NCBI GenBank assembly: GCA_003213625.1
Contig: QCMT01000001.1
Span: 100,615-164,614 of the forward strand
DNA: 64,000 nucleotides
Direction: 5' to 3'
From: OCS155 cluster bacterium AG-422-J23
Lineage (GTDB): Bacteria > Actinomycetota > Acidimicrobiia > Actinomarinales > Actinomarinaceae
The number at the start of each line of letters is the position of its first letter. The stretch's first letter is position 1. A program made the translations under genes and the position numbers. Positions 20,654-28,899 of this stretch are shown here, in pieces. Under the pieces are notes generated by a model that saw nothing but the letters and a program-made list of their open reading frames with translations, was not told the origin of the DNA and made no database searches.

Positions 20654-21872
20654 AAAAATATTAATTGTTACGCATCAATACTTACCACATGTAAGCCCCC
20701 GAACAACCCGATGGAAATTATTGGTAGACGAACTTATCGACAATGGACATAATGTAAGTATTTTAACTGGGATGTATCCAGATTTTGATACAAATAATGT
20801 TGAAATAATATATTTTGGAAATAAAAATAATATAAATATAGTTTCAAATCTAAGAGAAAAATCAAAACAAGTTGCTTCTGGAGATGCAATTAACAAAATA
20901 TTTTATGGAGTTTTGAAAAAAATATATCGATTTTTTATCAATTATCTTGCTTGGCCTGATTATTCAATGTTTTGGCTTTATCAAATTTATAAAAATAGAA
21001 ATAAAATTTCGAAGGATTACGATATCATAATTTCTGTTAGTTTGCCTTTTTCTTCCCATATGGCCGCTTACTTTATTAATAAAAAAGTTAGAAAACATTG
21101 GATAATGGATATTGGTGATCCATTTTCTTTAAAGGTTGATGCGCCAGAAAATAATCGATTTCTTTATTCAGGTTTAAATAAACGATATGAAAAAAAATTT
21201 TACTCTCTTGCTGATAATATTTTATTTACGCACCAAGATGCATTGAATAATCACAAGCAATTTTTTGATATACCAAGTGATAAATTAATTGTTGCTAATC
21301 CAATAAGTAATTTTGACAATGATCTTTTAAATAGTGCTTTATCTTACGATTATTCATCTAAACCAATAAAAATATCTTATTTTGGAATATTCACTAAAGG
21401 TGTTAGGTCCCCAAATTCATTCTTAGAATTAGTCAAAAAAAATAATGAAATGGAATTTTCATGGTATGTAAACGAGGATTCTGAAAAAATAATAAAGTCA
21501 TGTGACTTAAATGTAGATAAACACAGTTTTTATTCTCAAGTATCAAGAGAAGAAGCACAGAAATTAATGGTGAACTCAGCACATTGCTTACTCTCTATTG
21601 GAAATAAAAATCCAAATCAAATTCCAAGTAAAGTTGTTGAATATTTAGCAACAGGAAAGCCAATCATCCACTTCACAGAAATTGATAACGATCCTGTCGT
21701 TAAATTTAGTGATGAATTTGATAACTTAATAACTATAAATAAAAGTGTTGAAGAAAAAAATCTGTCACTATTAATTAAAGAAATGTTTAACAAAATTGAA
21801 AAATTTGATACAGATAAATTTATTAATAACTATACGGCTAAGTCAATTATTAAGAATTTAGATGTTATCTAA
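20640..21872 (+). CDS. Glycosyltransferase (GT-B, GT4-like)
   Basis: 410 aa. KKILIVTHQYLPHVSPRTTR N-terminus and PSKVVEYLATGKPIIHF C-terminal nucleotide-binding region. Confidence 0.6.
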   Translation: MKKYKKILIVTHQYLPHVSPRTTRWKLLVDELIDNGHNVSILTGMYPDFDTNNVEIIYFGNKNNINIVSNLREKSKQVASGDAINKIFYGVLKKIYRFFINYLAWPDYSMFWLYQIYKNRNKISKDYDIIISVSLPFSSHMAAYFINKKVRKHWIMDIGDPFSLKVDAPENNRFLYSGLNKRYEKKFYSLADNILFTHQDALNNHKQFFDIPSDKLIVANPISNFDNDLLNSALSYDYSSKPIKISYFGIFTKGVRSPNSFLELVKKNNEMEFSWYVNEDSEKIIKSCDLNVDKHSFYSQVSREEAQKLMVNSAHCLLSIGNKNPNQIPSKVVEYLATGKPIIHFTEIDNDPVVKFSDEFDNLITINKSVEEKNLSLLIKEMFNKIEKFDTDKFINNYTAKSIIKNLDVI

Positions 21873-22820
21873 GACTATTTTCCAGTTCTCTGAGTAATTT
21901 AATGTATCAATTTTTTCAATACGTGAAGACTGAGCATCTTCAAGTTTTTTCAAAGCATCTTCGAGATCATTGATATTGTACAGAAAGACACTTTCAGGAC
22001 TGAAGTACTGTGTATATGAACTTATTGGTGCAACAACTTTTAAACCAAGGTTTTGTGCTTCATAAAGTGGTAAACCTACTGTTTCATGCTCACTAGCATG
22101 AAAATAAATTTCATTGTCGGACAATACTTTTAAAGTTTCATCGTGAGTTTCTGTATTTACAATATTAAAACTTTCCATATCCCTTGGTGGGTTTATGACA
22201 GTAACCTTTTTTTTATTTGGCAATTGACTCAAAACATTTTTCATAAATTTATAATTTTTATTTGCAACATCGCTTCCAAAAAAAACTATGTTTCCACTTT
22301 TATTTGATATTTCAACCTCTGAACTTGTTGTTTTACCGATTTGTATAATTTTTGAATGAAACTTTTTATCTATGTCTTCTTTTAAGTGATCTAGCTGGAT
22401 AAGTATAAAATTAGATAATTTCATACTTCTATTTATTAGTACTTTAAGAATTGAGTTTCTAATACCTCTTTTTACGAGGGGAAGAATGTTTTGAATTAGT
22501 ACAAATGACTTTTTTAGTGTTTTGAACCCAAAATTACCAAAATGAATAATTGCATCTGAATTATTAATCTCCTCAAGGATTTTATTAGGTAAGAAATAAT
22601 TTAAAAATGGATGAAGATATCTTTTGTTTGTTGTTTTGTAAAACTTTACCCTTGGATTTTCATAAAATTGATTGTTTAAATCTTTGTAAAATTCTACCTC
22701 TGAGTACAAAACAAAGATTTTTGAATCAGACTTTGAAAAAAAGTCAAAAGACTCAAGGAAAAGCTTTAATCCACCAAGAGATTTTACACCGCAAGCATTT
22801 AATACTATTTTTTTCACCAA
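21858..22820 (-). CDS. Glycosyltransferase family 1/4
   Basis: 320 aa. EHETVGLPLYEAQNLGLKVVAP (EX7E-like). Confidence 0.65.
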   Translation of the reverse strand: MVKKIVLNACGVKSLGGLKLFLESFDFFSKSDSKIFVLYSEVEFYKDLNNQFYENPRVKFYKTTNKRYLHPFLNYFLPNKILEEINNSDAIIHFGNFGFKTLKKSFVLIQNILPLVKRGIRNSILKVLINRSMKLSNFILIQLDHLKEDIDKKFHSKIIQIGKTTSSEVEISNKSGNIVFFGSDVANKNYKFMKNVLSQLPNKKKVTVINPPRDMESFNIVNTETHDETLKVLSDNEIYFHASEHETVGLPLYEAQNLGLKVVAPISSYTQYFSPESVFLYNINDLEDALKKLEDAQSSRIEKIDTLNYSENWKIVLDNI

Positions 22821-22873
22821 TTCAATAATAGTTGTTCATTAAGCATTAATACTATGACTAAAATCATAAAGTA

Positions 22874-23959
22874 GTGATAAAAAATTATGACGCAATATTA
22901 GTTGTTGGTACTAGACCAAACTTCATTAAAGCTGCACCTTTACTTGAATATTTTGAAGAAAATAAAATAAATACTCTTTTTATTCATACGGGGCAACATA
23001 AAGATAAAAGTATGTCCTCAAATATTTTTGAAGATTTAAATATTCGTGAACCAGATATATATCTTGATACTCCAACAACAAACATGAACAAACAAACTAC
23101 TTATATTGTTGATAAATTAGATACATTATTTGACACTAATAAATCAAAATATGTAGGTGTATTTGGAGATGTTACATCAACACTTGCCGCTGCTATATCT
23201 ACGAAAAATAAAAAAATGGAGTTATTTCATGTTGAATCTGGATTGAGATCACGAAATATGGATATGCCAGAAGAACGAAACAGAATTATGGTAGATTCCA
23301 TCAGTGACTATTTATTTGCTCCATCAGATGATGCAGTAGACAATCTAAATTCTGAAAATTTGTCAGCAAAATATATGGGTAATGTTGGAAATATTATGAT
23401 TGATACACTTGAAAAAAATTTAGAAAAAATATTACAATCTTCTGATCAGATTAAAGAAAAATTAAGTATCACTGGCAAATATTTTGTTGTCACGATACAT
23501 AGGCCATCAAACCTGTCCGATGAAAATTTAGCAAAAATATTTGCAGGTCTTAAAGAATTTAGTGATGAATATCAAATTGTCTTACCAGCTCATCCAAGAT
23601 TAAAGAAATATATAAATGATAATGATGTGGAACATGAAAATATATTTATATTAAATCCACTCTCATACATTGATTTTCTCGGTCTTGTCAGTAGTTCTGA
23701 TTTAGTTTTGACTGATTCAGGTGGACTTCAAGAAGAAACAACTCATTTAAATGTTAAGTGTCTTACATTAAGAAATGAAACTGAAAGACCAATAACTGTA
23801 ACTGAGGGTACAAATAAAGTAATTGGTATTGAAACAGAAAAAATAATTTATGAAATAAATAACACCATTAAGAGTAAACTTTCAAAGGGTACAGAAATAA
23901 AATTCTGGGATGGTAAAACATCTGAAAGAATCTACAAAGAGTTGTATGAGCAAATTTAA
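22874..23959 (+). CDS. wecB: UDP-N-acetylglucosamine 2-epimerase (non-hydrolysing)
   Basis: VVGTRPNFIKAAPL, HTGQHKD, GDVTSTLAAAIS, HVESGLRSRNMDMPEERNR. Confidence 0.85.
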   Translation: MIKNYDAILVVGTRPNFIKAAPLLEYFEENKINTLFIHTGQHKDKSMSSNIFEDLNIREPDIYLDTPTTNMNKQTTYIVDKLDTLFDTNKSKYVGVFGDVTSTLAAAISTKNKKMELFHVESGLRSRNMDMPEERNRIMVDSISDYLFAPSDDAVDNLNSENLSAKYMGNVGNIMIDTLEKNLEKILQSSDQIKEKLSITGKYFVVTIHRPSNLSDENLAKIFAGLKEFSDEYQIVLPAHPRLKKYINDNDVEHENIFILNPLSYIDFLGLVSSSDLVLTDSGGLQEETTHLNVKCLTLRNETERPITVTEGTNKVIGIETEKIIYEINNTIKSKLSKGTEIKFWDGKTSERIYKELYEQI

Positions 23960-25208
23960 GTATGATTTAGGGATAATTGGACTTGGATACGTTGGTCTCC
24001 CATTGGCAGTATATTCGGTAGATGCTGGTCTAAAAGTCTTTGGATATGATATAAATTCTGAAAAAGTTTCAAAACTTAATCAAGGCGTCTCACCAATTGA
24101 AGATGTTAGTAACAAAACATTAAAATCATCAATTGAATCAGGGCTTATATTTTCAGACGACTCAAATTCATTAAGAGATTGTGAACATATTGTAATAAGT
24201 GTTCCAACTCCACTTACAGATTTCAAACCTGACTTAAGCTATGTAATTAGTGCAGCTCAAGAAATCGCAAAAAATGTTGTTAAAGGACAAATTATTATTC
24301 TCGAATCCACCACTTATCCAGGTACGACTTTAGAGGTATTGATACCAGAAATTCAAAAAATATCAGATCTAAAACCAGGTGAGGATATTTATTTTGGATA
24401 TTCACCAGAGAGAATTGATCCAGGAAATAAAGAATGGAATTTCAAAAATACTCCAAAAGTAGTAAGTGGGATCAATGATGATTCATTATCAAAAATTAAA
24501 TCTTTTTATGAAAAAATAATTGATACTGTTGTTGTTGTATCTGGAACTAAAGAAGCCGAAATGGTAAAACTTCTTGAAAATACTTACAGACAGGTGAATA
24601 TAGCGCTTATCAATGAGCTTGCAATCTTGTGCAATATGTTAGATATTGATATTTGGGAAGTTGTCGAGGCAGCAAAAACAAAACCATTTGGATTTGAATC
24701 ATTTAGACCTGGACCTGGTGTAGGTGGCCATTGCATACCTATAGATCCAAAATATTTGTCATTTAAAACAAGACAAATAGGAAAACCTGTAAGATTTGTT
24801 GAACTAGCTCAGGAAATCAACAATTCTATGCCTGCTTATGTTGTGAACCGAATAATTGAAAGAATGAATGTGTTAGAAAAACCAATGAAAAATTCAAAAA
24901 TTTTAATCTTTGGAGTTGCATACAAAAAAGACATAAGCGACACCAGAGAATCTCCTGCTTTAGATATAATTGAAAACTTTAAGTCTAAAGGTGTTGAAAT
25001 ATCATTTTATGATCCATTTGTTGATTCTTTGATTGTTGATAATAAGGAAATTAATAAGGAAACTTCTCAGGAAAATTTTGAAGAATATGATATGTTATTA
25101 ATGCATACTCCACATTCAGAATTTTCATCAATTAATTTTTCAAAAATTAATGTACCAATTTTTGATGCAACAGGTAGCGAATTTATAGATGATGCAGAAA
25201 GAATCTAA
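23946..25208 (+). CDS. wecC: Nucleotide-sugar dehydrogenase, UDP-ManNAc dehydrogenase-like
   Basis: MSKFKYDLGIIGLGYVGLPLA, GVGGHCIPIDP. Directly follows and overlaps wecB. Start moved from 23910 to ATG 23946. Confidence 0.75.
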   Translation: MSKFKYDLGIIGLGYVGLPLAVYSVDAGLKVFGYDINSEKVSKLNQGVSPIEDVSNKTLKSSIESGLIFSDDSNSLRDCEHIVISVPTPLTDFKPDLSYVISAAQEIAKNVVKGQIIILESTTYPGTTLEVLIPEIQKISDLKPGEDIYFGYSPERIDPGNKEWNFKNTPKVVSGINDDSLSKIKSFYEKIIDTVVVVSGTKEAEMVKLLENTYRQVNIALINELAILCNMLDIDIWEVVEAAKTKPFGFESFRPGPGVGGHCIPIDPKYLSFKTRQIGKPVRFVELAQEINNSMPAYVVNRIIERMNVLEKPMKNSKILIFGVAYKKDISDTRESPALDIIENFKSKGVEISFYDPFVDSLIVDNKEINKETSQENFEEYDMLLMHTPHSEFSSINFSKINVPIFDATGSEFIDDAERI

Positions 25209-27657
25209 AACAAAACCAGAATTTAGCACTTTATCACAAACGATAAATATTCTTGGAAGTGAATTAGGTAACGTAATTAAACAACAATCTGGTAAAAGTA
25301 AGTTTGAATTAGTTGAAGAAATAAGAGTAAATTCAAAAAAATATAGATCATCAAAAAATTCTAAATTTTTAAATTTAATTTATGAAAGATTAAAGACCTT
25401 AGATGAAAATGAACTTTTAATTCTAACCAAATCATTCACATTATTTTTTTATCTTTCGAATATTTCAGAGCAAGTATTTAGAGAAAAATTTGAGTATAAA
25501 ATTGATAAAAATGATTTAGTTAAAAATAAGGACAGTCTTGTATTCTCACCAGTTTTTACTGCTCACCCTACTGAGAGTGCTAGGCAATCAACCTTAAAAA
25601 AGCTTTACAAAATTGGAAATATCATTTCTGAAAATAAATCAAGTGATTTAGATGAAATAAATAATTTAATAACTCAACTGTGGTACACCAGAGAAGTTAG
25701 GTCTACTAAACCGAATCCTATTGACGAGGTAAAAACTCTTTTATATTATCTAAACAATTTGTATACAGATGTTTACGATGAAATTAACAAGACATTCACT
25801 GAAAACAATATAGTTCAGAAAGATATAATTAGGTTGGGTACTTGGATAGGTGGAGATAGAGACGGAAACCCATTTGTTACATTAAAAGTAACCGAAGAAG
25901 CTTTAAAAATTTATTCAAATCAAATTATTCAAATCTATAAAGAAAAAATTATAAATCTATCAGAGAGTTTTAGTATCTCAACTTTATATGCAGATGAGCC
26001 TCGACTACTTATGTCAAAAATTAAAGAATACTCAAATTTGTTAAATAAAGAATATCGTCATTATACAAAAATTAATTTTGACGAGCCTTTTAGAATATTT
26101 CTTTCACTTGTTTTTCATAGACTTGACAATTTTCAGAAAAATAAAAAGGGATATAATTCTTTTTCTGAATTTCAGGATGATCTCAACTTGTTTGAAAACG
26201 AAGTAAATAAATGTTTTAAGAACAATTCTTCATCTTTAGACTTAAGATATTTTATAGATTACGTGAATCAATTCAAATTTCACGGTGTCGAAATGGATAT
26301 AAGAGAAAATGCAGATGTCTTGAGATTTAATGAAGATTTCAAAAAAGAATACTCTGAATTTACAGCTCTCATAAAACGAATTCCTGAATGGAAAAAAATA
26401 TACGGTGATACTGTCATAAGTTCAATAATTTTATCAATGACTAAAAATGAGAAAGATATCTTAAATTTATTTAAATTTTGTAATAAATTAATTAAAAATA
26501 AGTCTGATATTCCTATGCTTGTTCCCTTGTTTGAGGAAATTGAAGATCTCGAAAAATCTCATATTATAATTTCAAATCTTTTTGCTAATAAAGATTACAA
26601 AAAACATTTAACTAATTTCAACAACAATCAGGAGATAATGCTTGGTTATTCGGATTCAAATAAAGATGGAGGAATTGTTACTTCACAATGGTCAGTATAT
26701 AAATCTCAAATTGCTTTATTCAAAACTGGTCAGAAACATAATATCGATATTTCATTCTTTCACGGTAGAGGTGGAACTATTAGTAGGGGAGGCGGACCTA
26801 CTTACAACTCAATTCTGTCACAACCTAAGGGAACAATAAAAAACGAATTAAGATATACCGAACAAGGAGAAGTTATTTCTGATAAGTACTCGACAACTAG
26901 TCTTGCATCAGAAAATCTGAAACTTGGTTTATTCGCATTCTTTAAGGCAAATAAAACAAAGAATCGTGAAATAAAATATGAACATAATTTTCTTGATGAG
27001 CTTTCTAAATTATCTTCAAAAAAGTATAAATCTTTGATTGAAGATAAAAATTTAATTTATTATTTTGAATCTGTCACTCCAGTTAATCTCTTATCTGTAT
27101 TAAATATTGGATCGAGACCCTCAAAAAGATCTAAAATTAGCTCTGTTAAAAACTATCGAGCAATACCTTGGGTATTTGGTTGGGCTCAAACTCGACAGAC
27201 AATCACAGGCTGGTATGGCTCAGGAACAGCTTTAGAAGAATTAATAAATAAATTTGGAATAAACAAGGTAAGAAAAATATATAACTCATCATCATTTTTT
27301 CAAAATTTGTTAAGCAGTATTGAAATGACGCTTGCCAAAACAGATTTAAATATCTCAAGGTTTTATGCAGAAAACCTTGTAGAAAAAGAAATGCGTTATT
27401 TATACGAGAACATAGTTGAAGAATCATTGAAAGTTGAAAGTGCAATAAAACGCATTACGTTGTCGAAAGAATTACTTGATTCAAATAAAATTTTAAAGAA
27501 TACACTTGCAATTAGAGACACTTACCTCGATCCTTTATCACTAATTCAGATTTTTTTATTACAAAAATTACAGAAAAATAAATTAACAGATTATGAAAAA
27601 ACATCCTTACTTCTCTCAGTAAATGGATTAGCCGCTGGCTTGAGAAATACTGGGTGA
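25189..27657 (+). CDS. ppc: Phosphoenolpyruvate carboxylase
   Basis: VFTAHPTES, GYSDSNKDGG, FHGRGGTISRGGGP, C-terminal GLRNTG. 822 aa, at the short end for bacterial PEPC. Confidence 0.92.
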   Translation: MMQKESKTKPEFSTLSQTINILGSELGNVIKQQSGKSKFELVEEIRVNSKKYRSSKNSKFLNLIYERLKTLDENELLILTKSFTLFFYLSNISEQVFREKFEYKIDKNDLVKNKDSLVFSPVFTAHPTESARQSTLKKLYKIGNIISENKSSDLDEINNLITQLWYTREVRSTKPNPIDEVKTLLYYLNNLYTDVYDEINKTFTENNIVQKDIIRLGTWIGGDRDGNPFVTLKVTEEALKIYSNQIIQIYKEKIINLSESFSISTLYADEPRLLMSKIKEYSNLLNKEYRHYTKINFDEPFRIFLSLVFHRLDNFQKNKKGYNSFSEFQDDLNLFENEVNKCFKNNSSSLDLRYFIDYVNQFKFHGVEMDIRENADVLRFNEDFKKEYSEFTALIKRIPEWKKIYGDTVISSIILSMTKNEKDILNLFKFCNKLIKNKSDIPMLVPLFEEIEDLEKSHIIISNLFANKDYKKHLTNFNNNQEIMLGYSDSNKDGGIVTSQWSVYKSQIALFKTGQKHNIDISFFHGRGGTISRGGGPTYNSILSQPKGTIKNELRYTEQGEVISDKYSTTSLASENLKLGLFAFFKANKTKNREIKYEHNFLDELSKLSSKKYKSLIEDKNLIYYFESVTPVNLLSVLNIGSRPSKRSKISSVKNYRAIPWVFGWAQTRQTITGWYGSGTALEELINKFGINKVRKIYNSSSFFQNLLSSIEMTLAKTDLNISRFYAENLVEKEMRYLYENIVEESLKVESAIKRITLSKELLDSNKILKNTLAIRDTYLDPLSLIQIFLLQKLQKNKLTDYEKTSLLLSVNGLAAGLRNTG

Positions 27658-28788
27658 CAAATCTCTTAGTTCAAAATGCATTTCATCTGGAGACGTCCAT
27701 GTTCCTCCCCATGCAAAACCCCATGAATTAAAAATTTCAACAACTCTTGGGTGATATCCAGATTTAACATTTATATCAATCGCTATACCCCATGCATGTC
27801 TTGATATGGCTCCACCGGCATTGAATCTATTTATTCTTCGGGGCGCATAACAACCACCTGATTTTTGAAATTCTTCTTTAGACAATGTGTCTTCCAAACC
27901 TTCCTCGATTACTTGATTAAGTGCTCCCAAAAGAGGTTTCCACATAATTTTGTTGCAAGTGGCTCGACCAATTATCGGCATATTTTTTCTTTCAATATTT
28001 TCATTTCTCCATGCTGGTTCAACAATAATCCATGTCCCATCTCTCTCTTTAATTTGAAAATCACCAAAATAATTTTTAATTAATGCAGTAGGTAAGACCC
28101 AGTTTTTGTTTGGCTTAGAATCTCTAAATGTAATTCTAAGTTGTTTGTATTTGATATTTCTATAAAGCTCTACAAAATGATTCTCCGTGACCTTTGTGTC
28201 CCAAATAATTGCTTGTATATTTCTATTGATTCCTAATTCATAGCCTATTTTTTTACTTACCAGTGCTTCGTACCATCCAATTTCAGAATCAGGAATTATT
28301 TTTCCTATCTCTATTTCTGTAATAACATCATTCATTCCAACTAAAACCAATTTATCGCCGGTATTCAGCGAATATTGTTGTGCAGTTAGTTCAGATACTA
28401 TAACCTTATTTTCTTTAAGTAAATTACTAACTTCGTCTGAATAAAATAAATCTGCATACTTGTTCTCAATAGTTTTCACAGAAAGACTGTAAAGATAATC
28501 AGGATTAGTAACCAAAGTTTCATTATTATAACTATCTAGGACTTTGTGAAGTCCAATATTGGCCCTTCCAATGAATGTAACTTTACTTCCAAGGTTTTTT
28601 ACTGATTCTAAAATTTGATTTGTAACGCTGTAGTACAGAACTCCAGGTTGAGAAATTGATATGACATCATAATTTTCAATACCATTAAATATTTTGTTTT
28701 GTTCCAATTCATTTTCACCATCATGAGCAAAAGCTGATGTTTGTAGTGATATAAATATTGCTATTAAAAAAAGGCCCAACTTTTTCAC
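27628..28788 (-). CDS. Secreted protein with C-terminal M15 (VanY/D-Ala-D-Ala carboxypeptidase-like) zinc peptidase domain
   Basis: Signal peptide MKKLGLFLIAIFISLQTSAFA. SRHAWGIAIDIN and DEMHFEL (H..D...H metal ligands). The roughly 270-aa N-terminal region is unrecognised. Confidence 0.7.
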   Translation of the reverse strand: MKKLGLFLIAIFISLQTSAFAHDGENELEQNKIFNGIENYDVISISQPGVLYYSVTNQILESVKNLGSKVTFIGRANIGLHKVLDSYNNETLVTNPDYLYSLSVKTIENKYADLFYSDEVSNLLKENKVIVSELTAQQYSLNTGDKLVLVGMNDVITEIEIGKIIPDSEIGWYEALVSKKIGYELGINRNIQAIIWDTKVTENHFVELYRNIKYKQLRITFRDSKPNKNWVLPTALIKNYFGDFQIKERDGTWIIVEPAWRNENIERKNMPIIGRATCNKIMWKPLLGALNQVIEEGLEDTLSKEEFQKSGGCYAPRRINRFNAGGAISRHAWGIAIDINVKSGYHPRVVEIFNSWGFAWGGTWTSPDEMHFELRDLSPSISQASG

Positions 28789-28899
28789 GTCATAATTATA
28801 AGTAAGTTATCAGAAAACATTTAACAAACTTTTAATGTTATAAATACAAGTAAATCTTTACGATGTTTAATATTTGATAATGCAATTTAATTATCGATC

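Larger units (their letters stand above)
1..25208. other. Cell-surface glycan (O-antigen/capsule/teichuronic-like) biosynthesis island made of three modules
   Basis: Contiguous run of glycosyltransferases, nucleotide-sugar enzymes, flippase, polymerase/ligase-like membrane proteins and two initiating transferases (individual calls below). It ends where ppc begins. Confidence 0.8.

Noticed and set aside
1-25208. Glycan island as a prophage, ICE or transposon-borne element
   Set aside because: No integrase, transposase, phage structural genes, flanking tRNA or long terminal repeats are visible in the window. The left border lies outside the window, so this cannot be fully excluded.
28789-28899. 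Possible riboswitch or leader upstream of the MMPL gene
   Set aside because: The 111-bp spacer is uniformly AT-rich with no stable helices or conserved riboswitch cores that I can recognise. It is most simply a divergent promoter region.
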